DNA of 26,358 nt. Origin: a virus (taxonomy: Duplodnaviria; Caudoviricetes). Of this stretch, positions 1-8,819 are shown one piece after another. The notes under the pieces were generated by a model. That model did no database searches. It had not been told where the DNA came from and saw nothing but the letters and a program-made list of their open reading frames with translations. The stretch is from the IMG/VR virus record IMGVR_UViG_3300022777_000016, positions 1-26,358 of that record; one strand, given 5' to 3'. Numbering within the stretch: the first letter of the stretch is position 1; each line of letters begins with the position of its first letter. The position numbers and the translations under genes were made by a program.

Positions 1-2678
1 GCCGCGGCGTTGACGGCTCGGTTGAAGGCTTGCTCGGCGCCCTGGCCGATCTCGGCGAAGCGCTGGCGGGCGCCGGATAGGATCCTGTTGAGCCCCGCGG
101 CTGTGCTTTTCGCGGCCTTCTGTGTGGCTTCTTTGGTTGCTTGCGCGGACTCTTTGGCCGTTTGCTCGACTTCTTTCTGCGCGCTCTTGGCCGACTGCTC
201 GGCCTGCTTGTTCGCCTTTTCGGCGTCATCGCCGGCCTTGTCGGAGGCACCGCTGATCTTCTCGAGCGCATCGACCAGGCCCAGCTCGGCGGCGCGGGCC
301 TTGAGCGAACTGCTCACGACGCCTTCGTTGGCCTTGATCGCGGCCTTGGCATAGACCTCGAACGCCTTGCGCACGTCGCGCTCGGTGGCGTCGGCTGACT
401 GCACCACCGTGTTGAGGTTTTCCTGCGCCTTCGTGGCGGCTTTATCGAGCGCCGCCGAGGTCTTGAATCCAAGCGCTTCGGCCGCCTTGCTCAGCGCGTC
501 GACGTCGCCCTTGGCGCGCTGTTGGGCGCGTGCGAAGCGCTCGGTCGCTTGGGAGGCGCGCTTTTGTGCCTTCTGGTATTGCTTGGCCGCCTCGAAAATC
601 TCGCGCTGGGTGGCGTCGTTGCTCTTGCGCAGCTCGGCCAGCCGTTGCTCAGCCTTGCGGGCCTCCTGGCGGGCTATGTCGGCCGACTTTTTCAGCTCGG
701 CGACGCTTGGCTCGCCGTCGTCTGAGCCGATGTTGTCGAGCTTCTCGCCGACCTTCTCGGCGATCCGTGCGAGCTTGTCGTAGCTGGCGGTCGCTGCGTC
801 AGCGACGCGCGCGGCCTTGCTGGTCTTGCTTGCTAACTCGTCAGTCGAGCCGCTCGCCCCACTGGCGGCCTCGTCGATCGCGTCGAGCGCTTCCGCGCCC
901 TTGCGGGTACGGATGAGGCGATTGGTGACTCGGTTGGTCAGGCCCGAAAGCCGGTCGAATTGCTGGGCCGCTTCGCGCGTCTTGCGCGGGACCGCGCCGA
1001 TGGCTTCGCTTACCCGTCGCGTCGTGCGCGCGAGGCGGTCGAACTTCGGGTTGGCTCGCTCGGCCGAATCGGCGGCGGCGTTGGTGGAGCGCGCCATCTC
1101 GTCTGTGACGCCGGTGACTTTGCCCGCTGCGCTGGCGGTTTTGCCGAGCGCATCGACCATGTCGCCGGCAGCGGTGGCGCTGTACCTGGCGGTCTCACGG
1201 GCGGCGGCACGCAGCCCGCCCTCGATCCGCGCGAGACTCTTGGCTGCCCCGTCACTGACGCCAGGGATGAGGCTGAACGCCTGGGCGACGGCCTGCACCC
1301 CACCGACCACGTCGGCCATGATCTTGATGAGAGCGCCGAGAATCGGCGACACGACGACCTGGATGAAGTTGAACAGGGCCCGGATGGGCTGGATAACTAG
1401 GTTGATCGCAGCCTTGGTCCGCTCGAACGCGGTCCCCAGCTTGTCGAGCGCCGATCGAGCCGTGTCGACCGCGCCTTTGATCGTGAACTCACCCAGGAAT
1501 CGGCGGACGGCGTCGACGCCATCCTGGAATGTCTCGGCGAGCTTGCGCCCGAGGCGCTGGAGCTGGCCGCTGTCGCTCAGGCGCGCGAGGTCGTCCTGGA
1601 GGCGCTCGACCTCAGCGCGCACCGTCGAGAGCACGGGCTGGCCGATCGTACGCTGGAGCGTGTTCCACGCGCTGCCGAGGCGCTCGAGGGCGTTGTTGAG
1701 CGTGTCGCGCATGACGCCAGCGGCGTCTGATGCTGCGCCCTCGGCATTGCGCAGCTGCTCGGAGAAGTCGTTGACGCCCTCGCCGCCTTGCTCGACGAGC
1801 AGCTCGAGAGCGGCGCGCGCCTCGACCGACATGGCGTTGATGGCCGAGCGCGTGCTCTGCCCGCCTTCTTGTAGTGCGGTCAGGACTTCCGTGAAGTTGC
1901 GGGTCTCGATCCCGGCCTCGGAAAGCGCCTCAGAAAAGGTCGAGGTCGGGTCGTTGAGCTGCGCGAGAATCTGGCGTAGGCCCGTGCCGGCCTTGCTTGC
2001 ATCGAGGCCGGCGTCTTGCAGCAGCGCGGTGGCACCCGCGGTTTCCTCAAGGGAGAGGCCAGCCGTTTTGGCGATCGGGGCCACCTGAGAGAACGCCTGC
2101 GACAGCTTGCGGACGTTGGTATTCGCGGACTGCGTCGCCTTGACGAGAACGTCGGAGACCCGCCCGGCCTCCGAGAACGCCAAGCCCATGCCGTTGACGG
2201 TCTTGGTGACCGTGCTGGCGGCTTCGGATAGGTTGAGCCCGGTGGCGGTCGCCAGGTCGAGGACCTTGGGGATGGTCTCGAGCTGCTCGGACGTGCTCAG
2301 GCCCGCACGGCCGAGGTTTTCAATCGCGCCCGCGGCCTCGGTGGCGGTGAACTGCGTCGACTCGCCGAGCTCGACGGCGGTCTCGCGCAGCTTGTCGATG
2401 TCCTGTTGGGCCGCGCCGGTAACCGCCTGGATGCGCGCCATCGCTTCCTCGAGCGAGGCGGCCTCACCGACGGTCGCCTTGAACGCGCCGATGACCGCGC
2501 GCCCGCCGAGGTAGGTGGCAATAGCACCGCCCGCTGCGATCGCCGCATTGCGGATCGCGTTGAATGTCGCACTACCGCGGCGGTTGAGGCGCCCCAGCGC
2601 GCCGCGCGCCTTATCGGCCGCGTTGCTGACCGTCTCTCTACCACGTAGCGCGATGCGGACGGCGAGGTTTTGGGCCAT
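1..2678 (-). CDS. Tail tape measure protein, TP901-type core (3' end runs off the window; about 892 codons visible)
   Basis: Not in the ORF track because it has no stop in the window. ATG at 2678 with GAGG/AGGA upstream; reads MAQNLAVRIALRG...LEEAMARIQAVTGAAQQDIDKLRETAVELGESTQFTATEAAGAIENLGRAGLS; Ala-rich and helical; downstream of the tail tube gene. Confidence 0.93.
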   Translation of the reverse strand, partial: MAQNLAVRIALRGRETVSNAADKARGALGRLNRRGSATFNAIRNAAIAAGGAIATYLGGRAVIGAFKATVGEAASLEEAMARIQAVTGAAQQDIDKLRETAVELGESTQFTATEAAGAIENLGRAGLSTSEQLETIPKVLDLATATGLNLSEAASTVTKTVNGMGLAFSEAGRVSDVLVKATQSANTNVRKLSQAFSQVAPIAKTAGLSLEETAGATALLQDAGLDASKAGTGLRQILAQLNDPTSTFSEALSEAGIETRNFTEVLTALQEGGQSTRSAINAMSVEARAALELLVEQGGEGVNDFSEQLRNAEGAASDAAGVMRDTLNNALERLGSAWNTLQRTIGQPVLSTVRAEVERLQDDLARLSDSGQLQRLGRKLAETFQDGVDAVRRFLGEFTIKGAVDTARSALDKLGTAFERTKAAINLVIQPIRALFNFIQVVVSPILGALIKIMADVVGGVQAVAQAFSLIPGVSDGAAKSLARIEGGLRAAARETARYSATAAGDMVDALGKTASAAGKVTGVTDEMARSTNAAADSAERANPKFDRLARTTRRVSEAIGAVPRKTREAAQQFDRLSGLTNRVTNRLIRTRKGAEALDAIDEAASGASGSTDELASKTSKAARVADAATASYDKLARIAEKVGEKLDNIGSDDGEPSVAELKKSADIARQEARKAEQRLAELRKSNDATQREIFEAAKQYQKAQKRASQATERFARAQQRAKGDVDALSKAAEALGFKTSAALDKAATKAQENLNTVVQSADATERDVRKAFEVYAKAAIKANEGVVSSSLKARAAELGLVDALEKISGASDKAGDDAEKANKQAEQSAKSAQKEVEQTAKESAQATKEATQKAAKSTAAGLNRILSGARQRFAEIGQGAEQAFNRAVNAA

Positions 2679-2715
2679 GGGTCCTGCCTCGTGTTGGGCG
2701 GTGTAATCGCAGCGG

Positions 2716-2735
2716 CGGGGCGTAGATGCCCCGCT
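2716..2735 (-). other. GC-rich stem-loop between the small tail gene and the tape measure gene
   Basis: GCGGGGC-gtagat-GCCCCGC inverted repeat in the intergenic space; no clear U-tract. Confidence 0.4.
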
Positions 2736-2747
2736 CCTGTCGAGTCG

Positions 2748-2957
2748 TTACTTGCACACGCCTTGCGCGCGCAGATTTTCGGCCGTCGCCTTGGCGACGG
2801 TGATGCGCTCGCCCGCCTGGCGGACGACGCGGTTGTGCGTGTGCTGGCAGCGCAGCGTGACGGTCTCGGTCGTCGCCTTGCTGCCGCGAGTGCTCCCTAG
2901 TTGGGGCTCGCTCGGTTCATCTTCGCCCGGGGTGGGTTCATTCTCATCTTCGGCCAT
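2748..2957 (-). CDS. Small virion-associated hypothetical protein (acidic N-terminus, DUF7210-like C-terminus)
   Basis: 69 aa, GGAG RBS; motif VTL..QHTH....AGERITV....AENLRAQGV resembles small Mu-like phage structural-region proteins. Confidence 0.7.
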   Translation of the reverse strand: MAEDENEPTPGEDEPSEPQLGSTRGSKATTETVTLRCQHTHNRVVRQAGERITVAKATAENLRAQGVCK

Positions 2958-2997
2958 CGGCTCGGCTCCATTGTTGGGGCTGTCTACGCTTGCCCCA

Positions 2998-3018
2998 GCC
3001 CGGTCATGGCGACCGGGC
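2998..3018 (-). terminator. Stem-loop after the tail tube gene (possible terminator or mRNA stabiliser)
   Basis: GCCCGGTC-atggc-GACCGGGC perfect 8-bp stem about 20 nt after the stop codon; weak U-tract. Confidence 0.45.
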
Positions 3019-3039
3019 CAGGGTCATTGATCGACGTCG

Positions 3040-3810
3040 TTAGACGCCGGCCTGCGCGATGTGCATGAACTTGGACACGCCGGAGCCCGTCTTGGCCGGA
3101 TCGGCCAGCGCCGTGCCCTCGAGCTGCATGCTGGTGAACTCGTCACCAATCGCCGCCAGACCGCCCGTCGGGTTGAACTTCACGCGGTGGTAGCGGATGA
3201 GCACCGCCTGGCCGTTGTTGGCTTCGTTGAGCCCATCCTGGACCAGCTCGAACTCGGTGGCGGCCTCAGTGAGCGCCTCGACGATCACTTGGGCGGCCAC
3301 GGTGTAATCGACGCCCACGGTCATGTCCTCGGTGACGTTGGGCCCGCCCTCGAGTAGTCGGATGCCGACGTTGGTGAACTCGTAGTCGTCACCCTCGACC
3401 ATGCCCGTGGCCGAGCCGCCGGGGTCGGCCGTCACGGTGATCGTGTTGCTCGCGTCCGACATATCGGGCAGCTGGTCGAACGCGATGAGCTGGCCGGGAC
3501 CGCCCGTGTGTTGTTCACCCGTCACGGTCGTGCCGCCAGTGACCTCGTTTTGCGTGCCGCGCAGCGCCATCGCGAGGTTGTGCGGGCTGATGTCGAGCAT
3601 CGTGATCGTGACGTTCACGCTGTCGACGCGCGTGACCTTGTTAGCCGCACCACCACCCGCACTGGTGAAGTCGGGCTGCGTCTGCTCGCTGGTCTCGATG
3701 CTGATGTTGTGCTCGGAAGCGTTGCCGATGCGCTTGAGCCCGGCGGTGCCGTTGCGGTCGCGCACGTAGAGCGGGCCCTTGCCGATGTAGCTGTAGTCTT
3801 TCGTGGTCAT
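3040..3810 (-). CDS. Major tail tube protein
   Basis: 256 aa, N-terminal YSYIGKG.LY...IGNAS and C-terminal GDEF..MQLEG..LADP.K motifs typical of tail tubes in Mu-like siphoviruses; lies between tail terminator and tape measure. Confidence 0.85.
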   Translation of the reverse strand: MTTKDYSYIGKGPLYVRDRNGTAGLKRIGNASEHNISIETSEQTQPDFTSAGGGAANKVTRVDSVNVTITMLDISPHNLAMALRGTQNEVTGGTTVTGEQHTGGPGQLIAFDQLPDMSDASNTITVTADPGGSATGMVEGDDYEFTNVGIRLLEGGPNVTEDMTVGVDYTVAAQVIVEALTEAATEFELVQDGLNEANNGQAVLIRYHRVKFNPTGGLAAIGDEFTSMQLEGTALADPAKTGSGVSKFMHIAQAGV

Positions 3811-4256
3811 TACTGGTCTCCTGCAATCTTGACGTCGGAGTAGAAGGCAACGGGGACGTAGATGAAGCCGTTGCTGTAAGCGGTCTGGAACGGGCTGTCG
3901 GTGAGCACGAGGGCGCTATGTTGTGCCGTCGGTGCCCAGCCCATGAGGGTCTGCATGACCGCGAGGACACGGGGGCCAATGGCCGCTCGTTGTGCCGCTG
4001 CCTGGTTGGTCTGGCGCACGTTGCGGTCGACGATCACGACCACCCAGGTCTGTCGAACGCGCGCCTTCTCACCGAAGCCCGGGGCCTCGGCGACGGTGTA
4101 GTCGGAGAACAGGACGTGCGCCGCCGGTACGGCCTGGCGCGACTCTTGGACGCCTTCAAGGTCGGCCGCACTCAACACTTGGCGTAGGTCGGTCACGCGG
4201 TCGCGGAGGCGCTGCTCGATGGCGTCGCCGGCTGCTAGGAAATCGCCCGTAAGCAT
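3810..4256 (-). CDS. Tail terminator / Mu gp37-like tail completion protein
   Basis: 148 aa; PAAHV, QTWVVVIVDRN and LMGWAP motifs; stop overlaps the tail tube start (TAATG). Confidence 0.75.
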   Translation of the reverse strand: MLTGDFLAAGDAIEQRLRDRVTDLRQVLSAADLEGVQESRQAVPAAHVLFSDYTVAEAPGFGEKARVRQTWVVVIVDRNVRQTNQAAAQRAAIGPRVLAVMQTLMGWAPTAQHSALVLTDSPFQTAYSNGFIYVPVAFYSDVKIAGDQ

Positions 4257-4259
4257 CGC

Positions 4260-4769
4260 CTACCCGAGTACCTCGCTGTAGTGGTTGAGCACCCGCTGGC
4301 TCGCATCGCTCGCCCAGGCCGTCGGCAGCTCGACCGCCCCCGATGGCCGGATCGGCAGGTAGGGCCGCGCCGGGATCGTGACCGACTTGGTTTTGACCCA
4401 TCGGCCGCCGACCTTGAAGTGCAGGAACGGGTGGTTCTTGGCCTCGATCGTCGCGCCGAACTGATGGACGGCGGCGTACTTCGACGCCGCACCACCCGCG
4501 ACGACACGGGCTTCCTCGGCCGTCGCCGCCGGGCGGATGCTGCGTTGCAAGATGCGGGCGTCGCGCAACGGTTGGCCGCTGCGGCCTTTGACCTTTTTCC
4601 ACTTCGGGCCGTAGGGGCTCTGGCTATTCTTGAAGCCGCGCATCACACGCGAGTGGATCGCCCCGGCGATGTCTTGCATGGCCGGCTTCGTGTTCTGGCC
4701 TTTCTGCTCGAGCTGTTGCAGCACGGCCAGGACTTGGGCGTCGTTTTGGCTGTACTCACCTGCTGCCAT
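4260..4769 (-). CDS. Phage virion morphogenesis protein (Mu gpG / Phage_tail_S family)
   Basis: F...SP.G.KW, L.D..IL.RSI, YAAVHQFG and IPARPYLP signatures. Confidence 0.92.
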   Translation of the reverse strand: MAAGEYSQNDAQVLAVLQQLEQKGQNTKPAMQDIAGAIHSRVMRGFKNSQSPYGPKWKKVKGRSGQPLRDARILQRSIRPAATAEEARVVAGGAASKYAAVHQFGATIEAKNHPFLHFKVGGRWVKTKSVTIPARPYLPIRPSGAVELPTAWASDASQRVLNHYSEVLG

Positions 4770-4771
4770 GA

Positions 4772-5200
4772 CTAGCCGGTGAAGCCGCGCAACGAATCGC
4801 GGTCGAACACGCGCAACCCGTTGCTCTTGGTAGAAATGGCCGCCGGCTCATCCTTGGCGCCGCCGGCCGGATCGGTGATGGCGTCCGCTTTGCCATCGGC
4901 CACCCGCTTGAGCCAGCCGATCGCCTCGTCTTTGCGGCTGGTGACGGCCTCGGGCACGTTGGCGTCGTAGAGCCGCGCGCGAGCGATGTCGCAAACGGCC
5001 GACACGAGCACCAGCGGCGCCGGGTCGAGCGGCACCGTGTGGCGCCGCGCCAGGTACGAATCGGCGATCGCGCTGGCGTCCTCGAGCGCCCGGTCGACCA
5101 CGGCCTGGTCGGCCGTGTCGTCACCGTTGCGATCGGTCAGCTGGACGATCTCGGTCTCACCGAATCGTTGCTTGAGGTCGTCGAGGGTGGCGTAGGCCAT
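4772..5200 (-). CDS. Head-tail adaptor, Mu gp36/gpJ-like (DUF1320)
   Basis: MAYATLDDLKQRFGE.EI.QLTDR...ALEDAS..ADSYL..R..VPL...CDIARARLY...AI.WLK.VA.G. Confidence 0.93.
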   Translation of the reverse strand: MAYATLDDLKQRFGETEIVQLTDRNGDDTADQAVVDRALEDASAIADSYLARRHTVPLDPAPLVLVSAVCDIARARLYDANVPEAVTSRKDEAIGWLKRVADGKADAITDPAGGAKDEPAAISTKSNGLRVFDRDSLRGFTG

Positions 5201-5203
5201 CGG

Positions 5204-5461
5204 TTACTCCGTGACTTCCTCGTCGGACTCGCCCTCGTCGGACTCGCCCTCGCCGGAGCCGCTGTCACCGGCCTGTGGGCCGCTGTGGCTGTCGCTCTGC
5301 GAACCCTTGCCGGAGGCCTTGCTCGGGCGCCCGCGCACGGTCTCGGCGGTGCCGCGCTCGACCCAACGGTCGGCGTCGGCTTGGTTGGCATCGAAAACGT
5401 CACCGGGCTCGTGATAGCCGGCGGCGTCTTTCAATACTCGGAGCGCTCGGACTTTCGCCAT
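5204..5461 (-). CDS. Small virion-associated hypothetical protein with acidic low-complexity tail
   Basis: Start revised to ATG 5461 (MAKVRALRV, GAGG upstream); 85 aa; lies between capsid and adaptor, the position of Mu gp35-like genes. Confidence 0.7.
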   Translation of the reverse strand: MAKVRALRVLKDAAGYHEPGDVFDANQADADRWVERGTAETVRGRPSKASGKGSQSDSHSGPQAGDSGSGEGESDEGESDEEVTE

Positions 5462-5490
5462 GGTTGGCTGCCTCGCGGTCGGTTGGTTGA

Positions 5491-5521
5491 TGAAGGCGGA
5501 CGGGTACACCGCCCGCCTTCA
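5491..5521 (-). terminator. Stem-loop after the major capsid gene
   Basis: TGAAGGCGGaCGG-gtaca-CCGcCCGCCTTCA, 13-bp stem with one mismatch, about 30 nt after the capsid stop. Confidence 0.5.
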
Positions 5522-5551
5522 CGTTGTCGCCGGGGCTACTGCGTCGCCGCG

Positions 5552-6487
5552 TTAGGCGGTGACGTCTTGCAGCAGGTAGCCGACGTCGGGGGCCACGACG
5601 ACCTCACCGATCGACTCGCCGGTACGGACTCGCGTGCCACCACGCAGGCCGATGTCGTCGTCGGGCTTTTGCATCGCCACGCGGTCACCGAATACCGGCG
5701 ACATAGCGAATGTGACGCCCTGGCGCGTGTCGGCGAGGTTGTTGCGATGGAGCAACGCGAAGTGGTCGCCCCAAACACGCTTGAAGTTGGCGGCCTGGCC
5801 GGGCCGGGCCGTGTTCATGCGCGCGCGGCCGACGATGATCTCGTCGAGCTCGAGCAGCTCCGCGACCTGGTCACGGGTCGCCACACCGGAGTCGCCACTG
5901 TTGCCGTGGATTGCCTTGATGATCTCGGGATGGCGGCTCAGCGTGCGCCATGCCTGGTGGCCCACCACGGCGATGTTGGCGTCGGCCAGCAGCGTGTCCT
6001 GACCCTTGTGGATGTCGCCGATCGGGTCGCTGTTGGTGTAGTCGCTCCACTGAGTCGAATTGCTCAGGTCGACCTTGTTCGACGCGGGATACGTCGCCGG
6101 GTCGTGGACGATGTTGGCCACGCGAATCTCGCGATCGAGCATCACGAGGTCGGTCATGGCCTCAGTGGCGTGACCGATCGGGTCGTAGCCCTCGGGCGCG
6201 TTGTCCACGTCCTGCTGCGGGATCGCATCTTCGAGGCCGTAGTCCTCGACGCTGCCGGTCGCTTCACCGGCGCCGAACTCGACCTCGGGGGTACGGCTCT
6301 TACGACCCACGCGCGTGTTCGGCACGGTAAAGCGTTCCTCTTGCTCGTACTTGAGGTAGCGGAACTCCCGCTGACCGACCGGGGTGCGGGGCATCACACG
6401 ATCCGCAATCATCGCCTCGTTGATGTACGCGACGGCGATGTTGGTCAGGCGCGGATCGGTGACGAAGGGGGCCTGTTGCTTGGACAT
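5552..6487 (-). CDS. Major capsid protein
   Basis: 311 aa; PFVTDPRLTNIAVAY.N...IADRVMP..PV and WSDY.NSDPI motifs; follows protease and decoration genes; GAGG RBS. Confidence 0.9.
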   Translation of the reverse strand: MSKQQAPFVTDPRLTNIAVAYINEAMIADRVMPRTPVGQREFRYLKYEQEERFTVPNTRVGRKSRTPEVEFGAGEATGSVEDYGLEDAIPQQDVDNAPEGYDPIGHATEAMTDLVMLDREIRVANIVHDPATYPASNKVDLSNSTQWSDYTNSDPIGDIHKGQDTLLADANIAVVGHQAWRTLSRHPEIIKAIHGNSGDSGVATRDQVAELLELDEIIVGRARMNTARPGQAANFKRVWGDHFALLHRNNLADTRQGVTFAMSPVFGDRVAMQKPDDDIGLRGGTRVRTGESIGEVVVAPDVGYLLQDVTA

Positions 6488-6547
6488 GGCTGGTTTCCTC
6501 GTCTAGTGCCTGGTGCTTGGGGTTACTGCCGCCGGGCTGCTACGCGC

Positions 6548-6934
6548 TTACGCGCCTTGCAGCTCGAACGGCTGGATGAACGCGGCGCCGATGTCGCCGG
6601 CGACGCCCGAGACCTCGGCCTTGCCGAGCACTTGGACGTTGACGCCACTGGCCGGTGCGGCCTCGACGGCTCGACCGTCGGCGTCCGACGTGAGCCAGTT
6701 GCCGCGCGTGACGTTGCCGCCGTACTCGACACGGCCGATGCCATCGCGGATGGCGTCGACCGGGCCACCGGCCACGGCATCGACGTCGGTGCTCACGCCT
6801 AGGAACGGGTCACTGTTGCCGGATGCCTGGACCGCCTCGTAGTCAGCCGCGCCGTACGCGATGATCCGGCGCCGGGTGATGTCGCCGCCTGCGTCGTAGT
6901 TGACGATCAGGCCGTCGTGCTTGCTGGGTTCCAT
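6548..6934 (-). CDS. Capsid cement/decoration protein (DUF2190-like)
   Basis: 128 aa Gly/Ala-rich; GIGRVEYGGNVTRG..LTSDADGRAV motif; between protease/scaffold and capsid. Confidence 0.8.
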   Translation of the reverse strand: MEPSKHDGLIVNYDAGGDITRRRIIAYGAADYEAVQASGNSDPFLGVSTDVDAVAGGPVDAIRDGIGRVEYGGNVTRGNWLTSDADGRAVEAAPASGVNVQVLGKAEVSGVAGDIGAAFIQPFELQGA

Positions 6935-6961
6935 AACTCCACCTCGCTGTCGTATTGCTGC

Positions 6962-6984
6962 CCCGCCCCCTTACCGGGGGCGGG
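6962..6984 (-). other. Stem-loop between protease and decoration genes
   Basis: CCCGCCCCC-ttacc-GGGGGCGGG perfect 9-bp stem, intergenic. Confidence 0.45.
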
Positions 6985-7005
6985 CGTGATTGCTTGAGCG
7001 CCGGG

Positions 7006-8115
7006 TCAGGCGCTCGCCTTGTCTGCGCCGGCAGCGACCGCGTCCATCGCGACCGTGTGGCTGCACCCGTGCTGGCGCTGGTACGCGCGGGCGCGCTGCG
7101 CGAGGCTCGGGTCGCTGTAGTCGACCGTCTGGTCGCCTTCGTCACCGCCAGCGGCCTCGCCGTACTCGACCGCCTTGGGCAGCTGGCCCATGAGCTCGAT
7201 GAACTGATCGCGCGGCGTACGCTCGACCGAGCCCTCGCCTTCGCTGAACTCGACGGCGGTCTCGCTATCGAGCGATGCCGCGAACTCGGCGGCGGTGTCA
7301 GCCAGCGCCGGCGGGATGCGGCCGGCGTCGACGTGCGGCTGGACGGCCTCGCGGGCCTTGCGTTGGCGCTCGGCGGCACGCAGCCGCTCGAGCTCTTGCT
7401 TTTCGGCTTCGGACATTTCGACTACCTCGGTGTCGGGATTGGGGGTGCCGTCGCCGCCGGATTGGTCACCGTCGGCGCTCGGATCGGAAAGGTCGGCCGA
7501 CTGGGCCTCGGCGTCGCCCGCGTCGTCGCTGTCGTCGGACTTGGCGAACGCCTCGATGTCCTCCGGGACGTAGGTCGGCACGATCTCGTCGGCTTTCTCG
7601 GTGCCGTGTTGCTCGATCAGCCACTCGCGCAGCCGGCGCATCGTCCCGGCGAGCACGGAACCGAGCATGCCCATGTCGGCGAGCTCGACGACGCCGTCCT
7701 CGTCCTCGGCGAAGCTGATCCCCTTGTCGGAAAGGCCCTTCACCGACGGCGGCTGGGCGCCCAGGAAGCCGACGTGGCGCAGATAGAACACCCCCGGCAC
7801 GGGGTTGTTCGGCGCGTCGGGCTTGTAGAACGACGCCGAGCGTTTCTTGAACCTGCCCGCACCGACCATTTCCTCGAAGTCGGCGTCGACCTGATCGGGC
7901 ACGGCGACCATCTCGCCGTCGTCGTTGCGCTGTAGGCCCTTCACCCAACCGAACGCCGGCGCGTTGTTCTTGGGGTGGCCCACCACGATCGGGGCCTCAC
8001 TCACCGCCGGGTCGTAGTGGTCGATCGCCTCCTGTAGTCGGTCCTCGGTGAAGTCGTGCGCCTCGCCGTTGGCGGCGGTATGCCGGCCGGATCGGAAGAT
8101 CGAGAAAGGCTGCAT
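7006..8115 (-). CDS. Prohead protease/scaffold, Mu gpI-like
   Basis: Start revised to ATG 8115 (GGAG RBS); IFRSG.H, EAPIVVGHPK.NAPAFGWV, FKKRSASFY and YLRHVGFLGAQPP.VKGL motifs; acidic linker followed by a helical scaffold region. Confidence 0.92.
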   Translation of the reverse strand: MQPFSIFRSGRHTAANGEAHDFTEDRLQEAIDHYDPAVSEAPIVVGHPKNNAPAFGWVKGLQRNDDGEMVAVPDQVDADFEEMVGAGRFKKRSASFYKPDAPNNPVPGVFYLRHVGFLGAQPPSVKGLSDKGISFAEDEDGVVELADMGMLGSVLAGTMRRLREWLIEQHGTEKADEIVPTYVPEDIEAFAKSDDSDDAGDAEAQSADLSDPSADGDQSGGDGTPNPDTEVVEMSEAEKQELERLRAAERQRKAREAVQPHVDAGRIPPALADTAAEFAASLDSETAVEFSEGEGSVERTPRDQFIELMGQLPKAVEYGEAAGGDEGDQTVDYSDPSLAQRARAYQRQHGCSHTVAMDAVAAGADKASA

Positions 8116-8215
8116 AGCGGGCTCCGGTCGTTGTCGGTCGTGCCCGCACGGGCCGCATGGGCGCCCGGTCGGGCGAATGGTGCCCATCCTGGCGGCGCGC
8201 GTAGGTTGTGGACAT

Positions 8216-8229
8216 GGGGAGATTTATCC
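8216..8229 (-). promoter_or_regulatory. Candidate Mor/C activator-binding site of the head-operon late promoter (PI-like)
   Basis: GGATAAATCTCCCC on the minus strand, 13/14 identical to 24712-24725; a CAGGAT -10-like hexamer at 8191-8186 places the motif at about -50 to -37. Confidence 0.55.
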
Positions 8230-8244
8230 CCTGCTGGTTTCCCC

Positions 8245-8312
8245 TATTGCGCTACATATAAATCTATGGTTTATTACGGGGTGTCGGGCGAAGGGCCCGG
8301 CGGATCAACAGC
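8245..8312 (+). promoter_or_regulatory. Island promoter module, copy 1 (sigma70-like promoter, palindrome, 5' hairpin)
   Basis: TTGCGC-17 bp-TTTATT with an extended TG; AAATC-N3-GGTTT palindrome at 8260-8272; GTCGGGC/GCCCGGC hairpin at 8283-8301; near-identical to 10603-10667. Confidence 0.75.
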
Positions 8313-8326
8313 AGGGGGTATCTGCA

Positions 8327-8629
8327 ATGGCACTAGGAAAAGACACGCACAAGACCGCGATCATCGCCTGCGGGCAAATCGCGCAGTCGATCATGCGCGA
8401 CGCGCGCGATGCGGGGATCTCGGGGCAGGAGAATCACTCGGCTGATTTATGGGCCTTGGCGAAGGCTTGGGCCCGGATGGAAGGCGCGCTCGAGCGCGGC
8501 GATCCCCAGGAGGCCCGCGGCATCTACGACGCGATGGGCTCGTATGGCCAGGGCTACGGCGTCGAGAAGGCCCGCAAGGACGAGCGCCAGGCCCTCGGCT
8601 ACGTGCTCGGGCTCGGGGAGGCCGCCTGA
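8327..8629 (+). CDS. Hypothetical protein (100 aa), first gene of the inverted island
   Basis: ATG 8327 after an AGGGGG RBS, directly downstream of promoter copy 1; TGATG overlap with the next gene. Confidence 0.8.
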   Translation: MALGKDTHKTAIIACGQIAQSIMRDARDAGISGQENHSADLWALAKAWARMEGALERGDPQEARGIYDAMGSYGQGYGVEKARKDERQALGYVLGLGEAA

Positions 8630-8808
8630 TGTTCTGGCACGACTTCGACGACGGCGAGCCGCCCGGGTATGGCTTGGCGAAGCGTCGCCTGCGGGCAATG
8701 CGGCGCCAGTGCATCGAACACTGGCATCCGCAAGACCCGGACTGCCCGGAGTTTGACCTGGACGACGTAGACGAGGCCGAGCGCGAGCTCGACCGCAACG
8801 TCGGCTAG
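8629..8808 (+). CDS. Small acidic hypothetical protein (59 aa, MFWHDFDD...)
   Basis: GGGGAGG RBS and TGATG coupling to the upstream gene; HPQDPDCPE motif. Confidence 0.7.
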   Translation: MFWHDFDDGEPPGYGLAKRRLRAMRRQCIEHWHPQDPDCPEFDLDDVDEAERELDRNVG

Positions 8809-8819
8809 GCGATCCGCTC

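Noticed and set aside
10-2900. Long plus-strand ORFs (e.g. 817..2088, 423 aa)
   Set aside because: Antisense shadows of the minus-strand tape measure gene; Ser/Ala/Arg-rich with no motifs, as expected in high-GC DNA
5039-7935. Plus-strand ORFs 5039..6802 (587 aa) and 6955..7935 (326 aa)
   Set aside because: They lie opposite well-supported capsid, decoration and protease genes and have no RBS or recognisable domain
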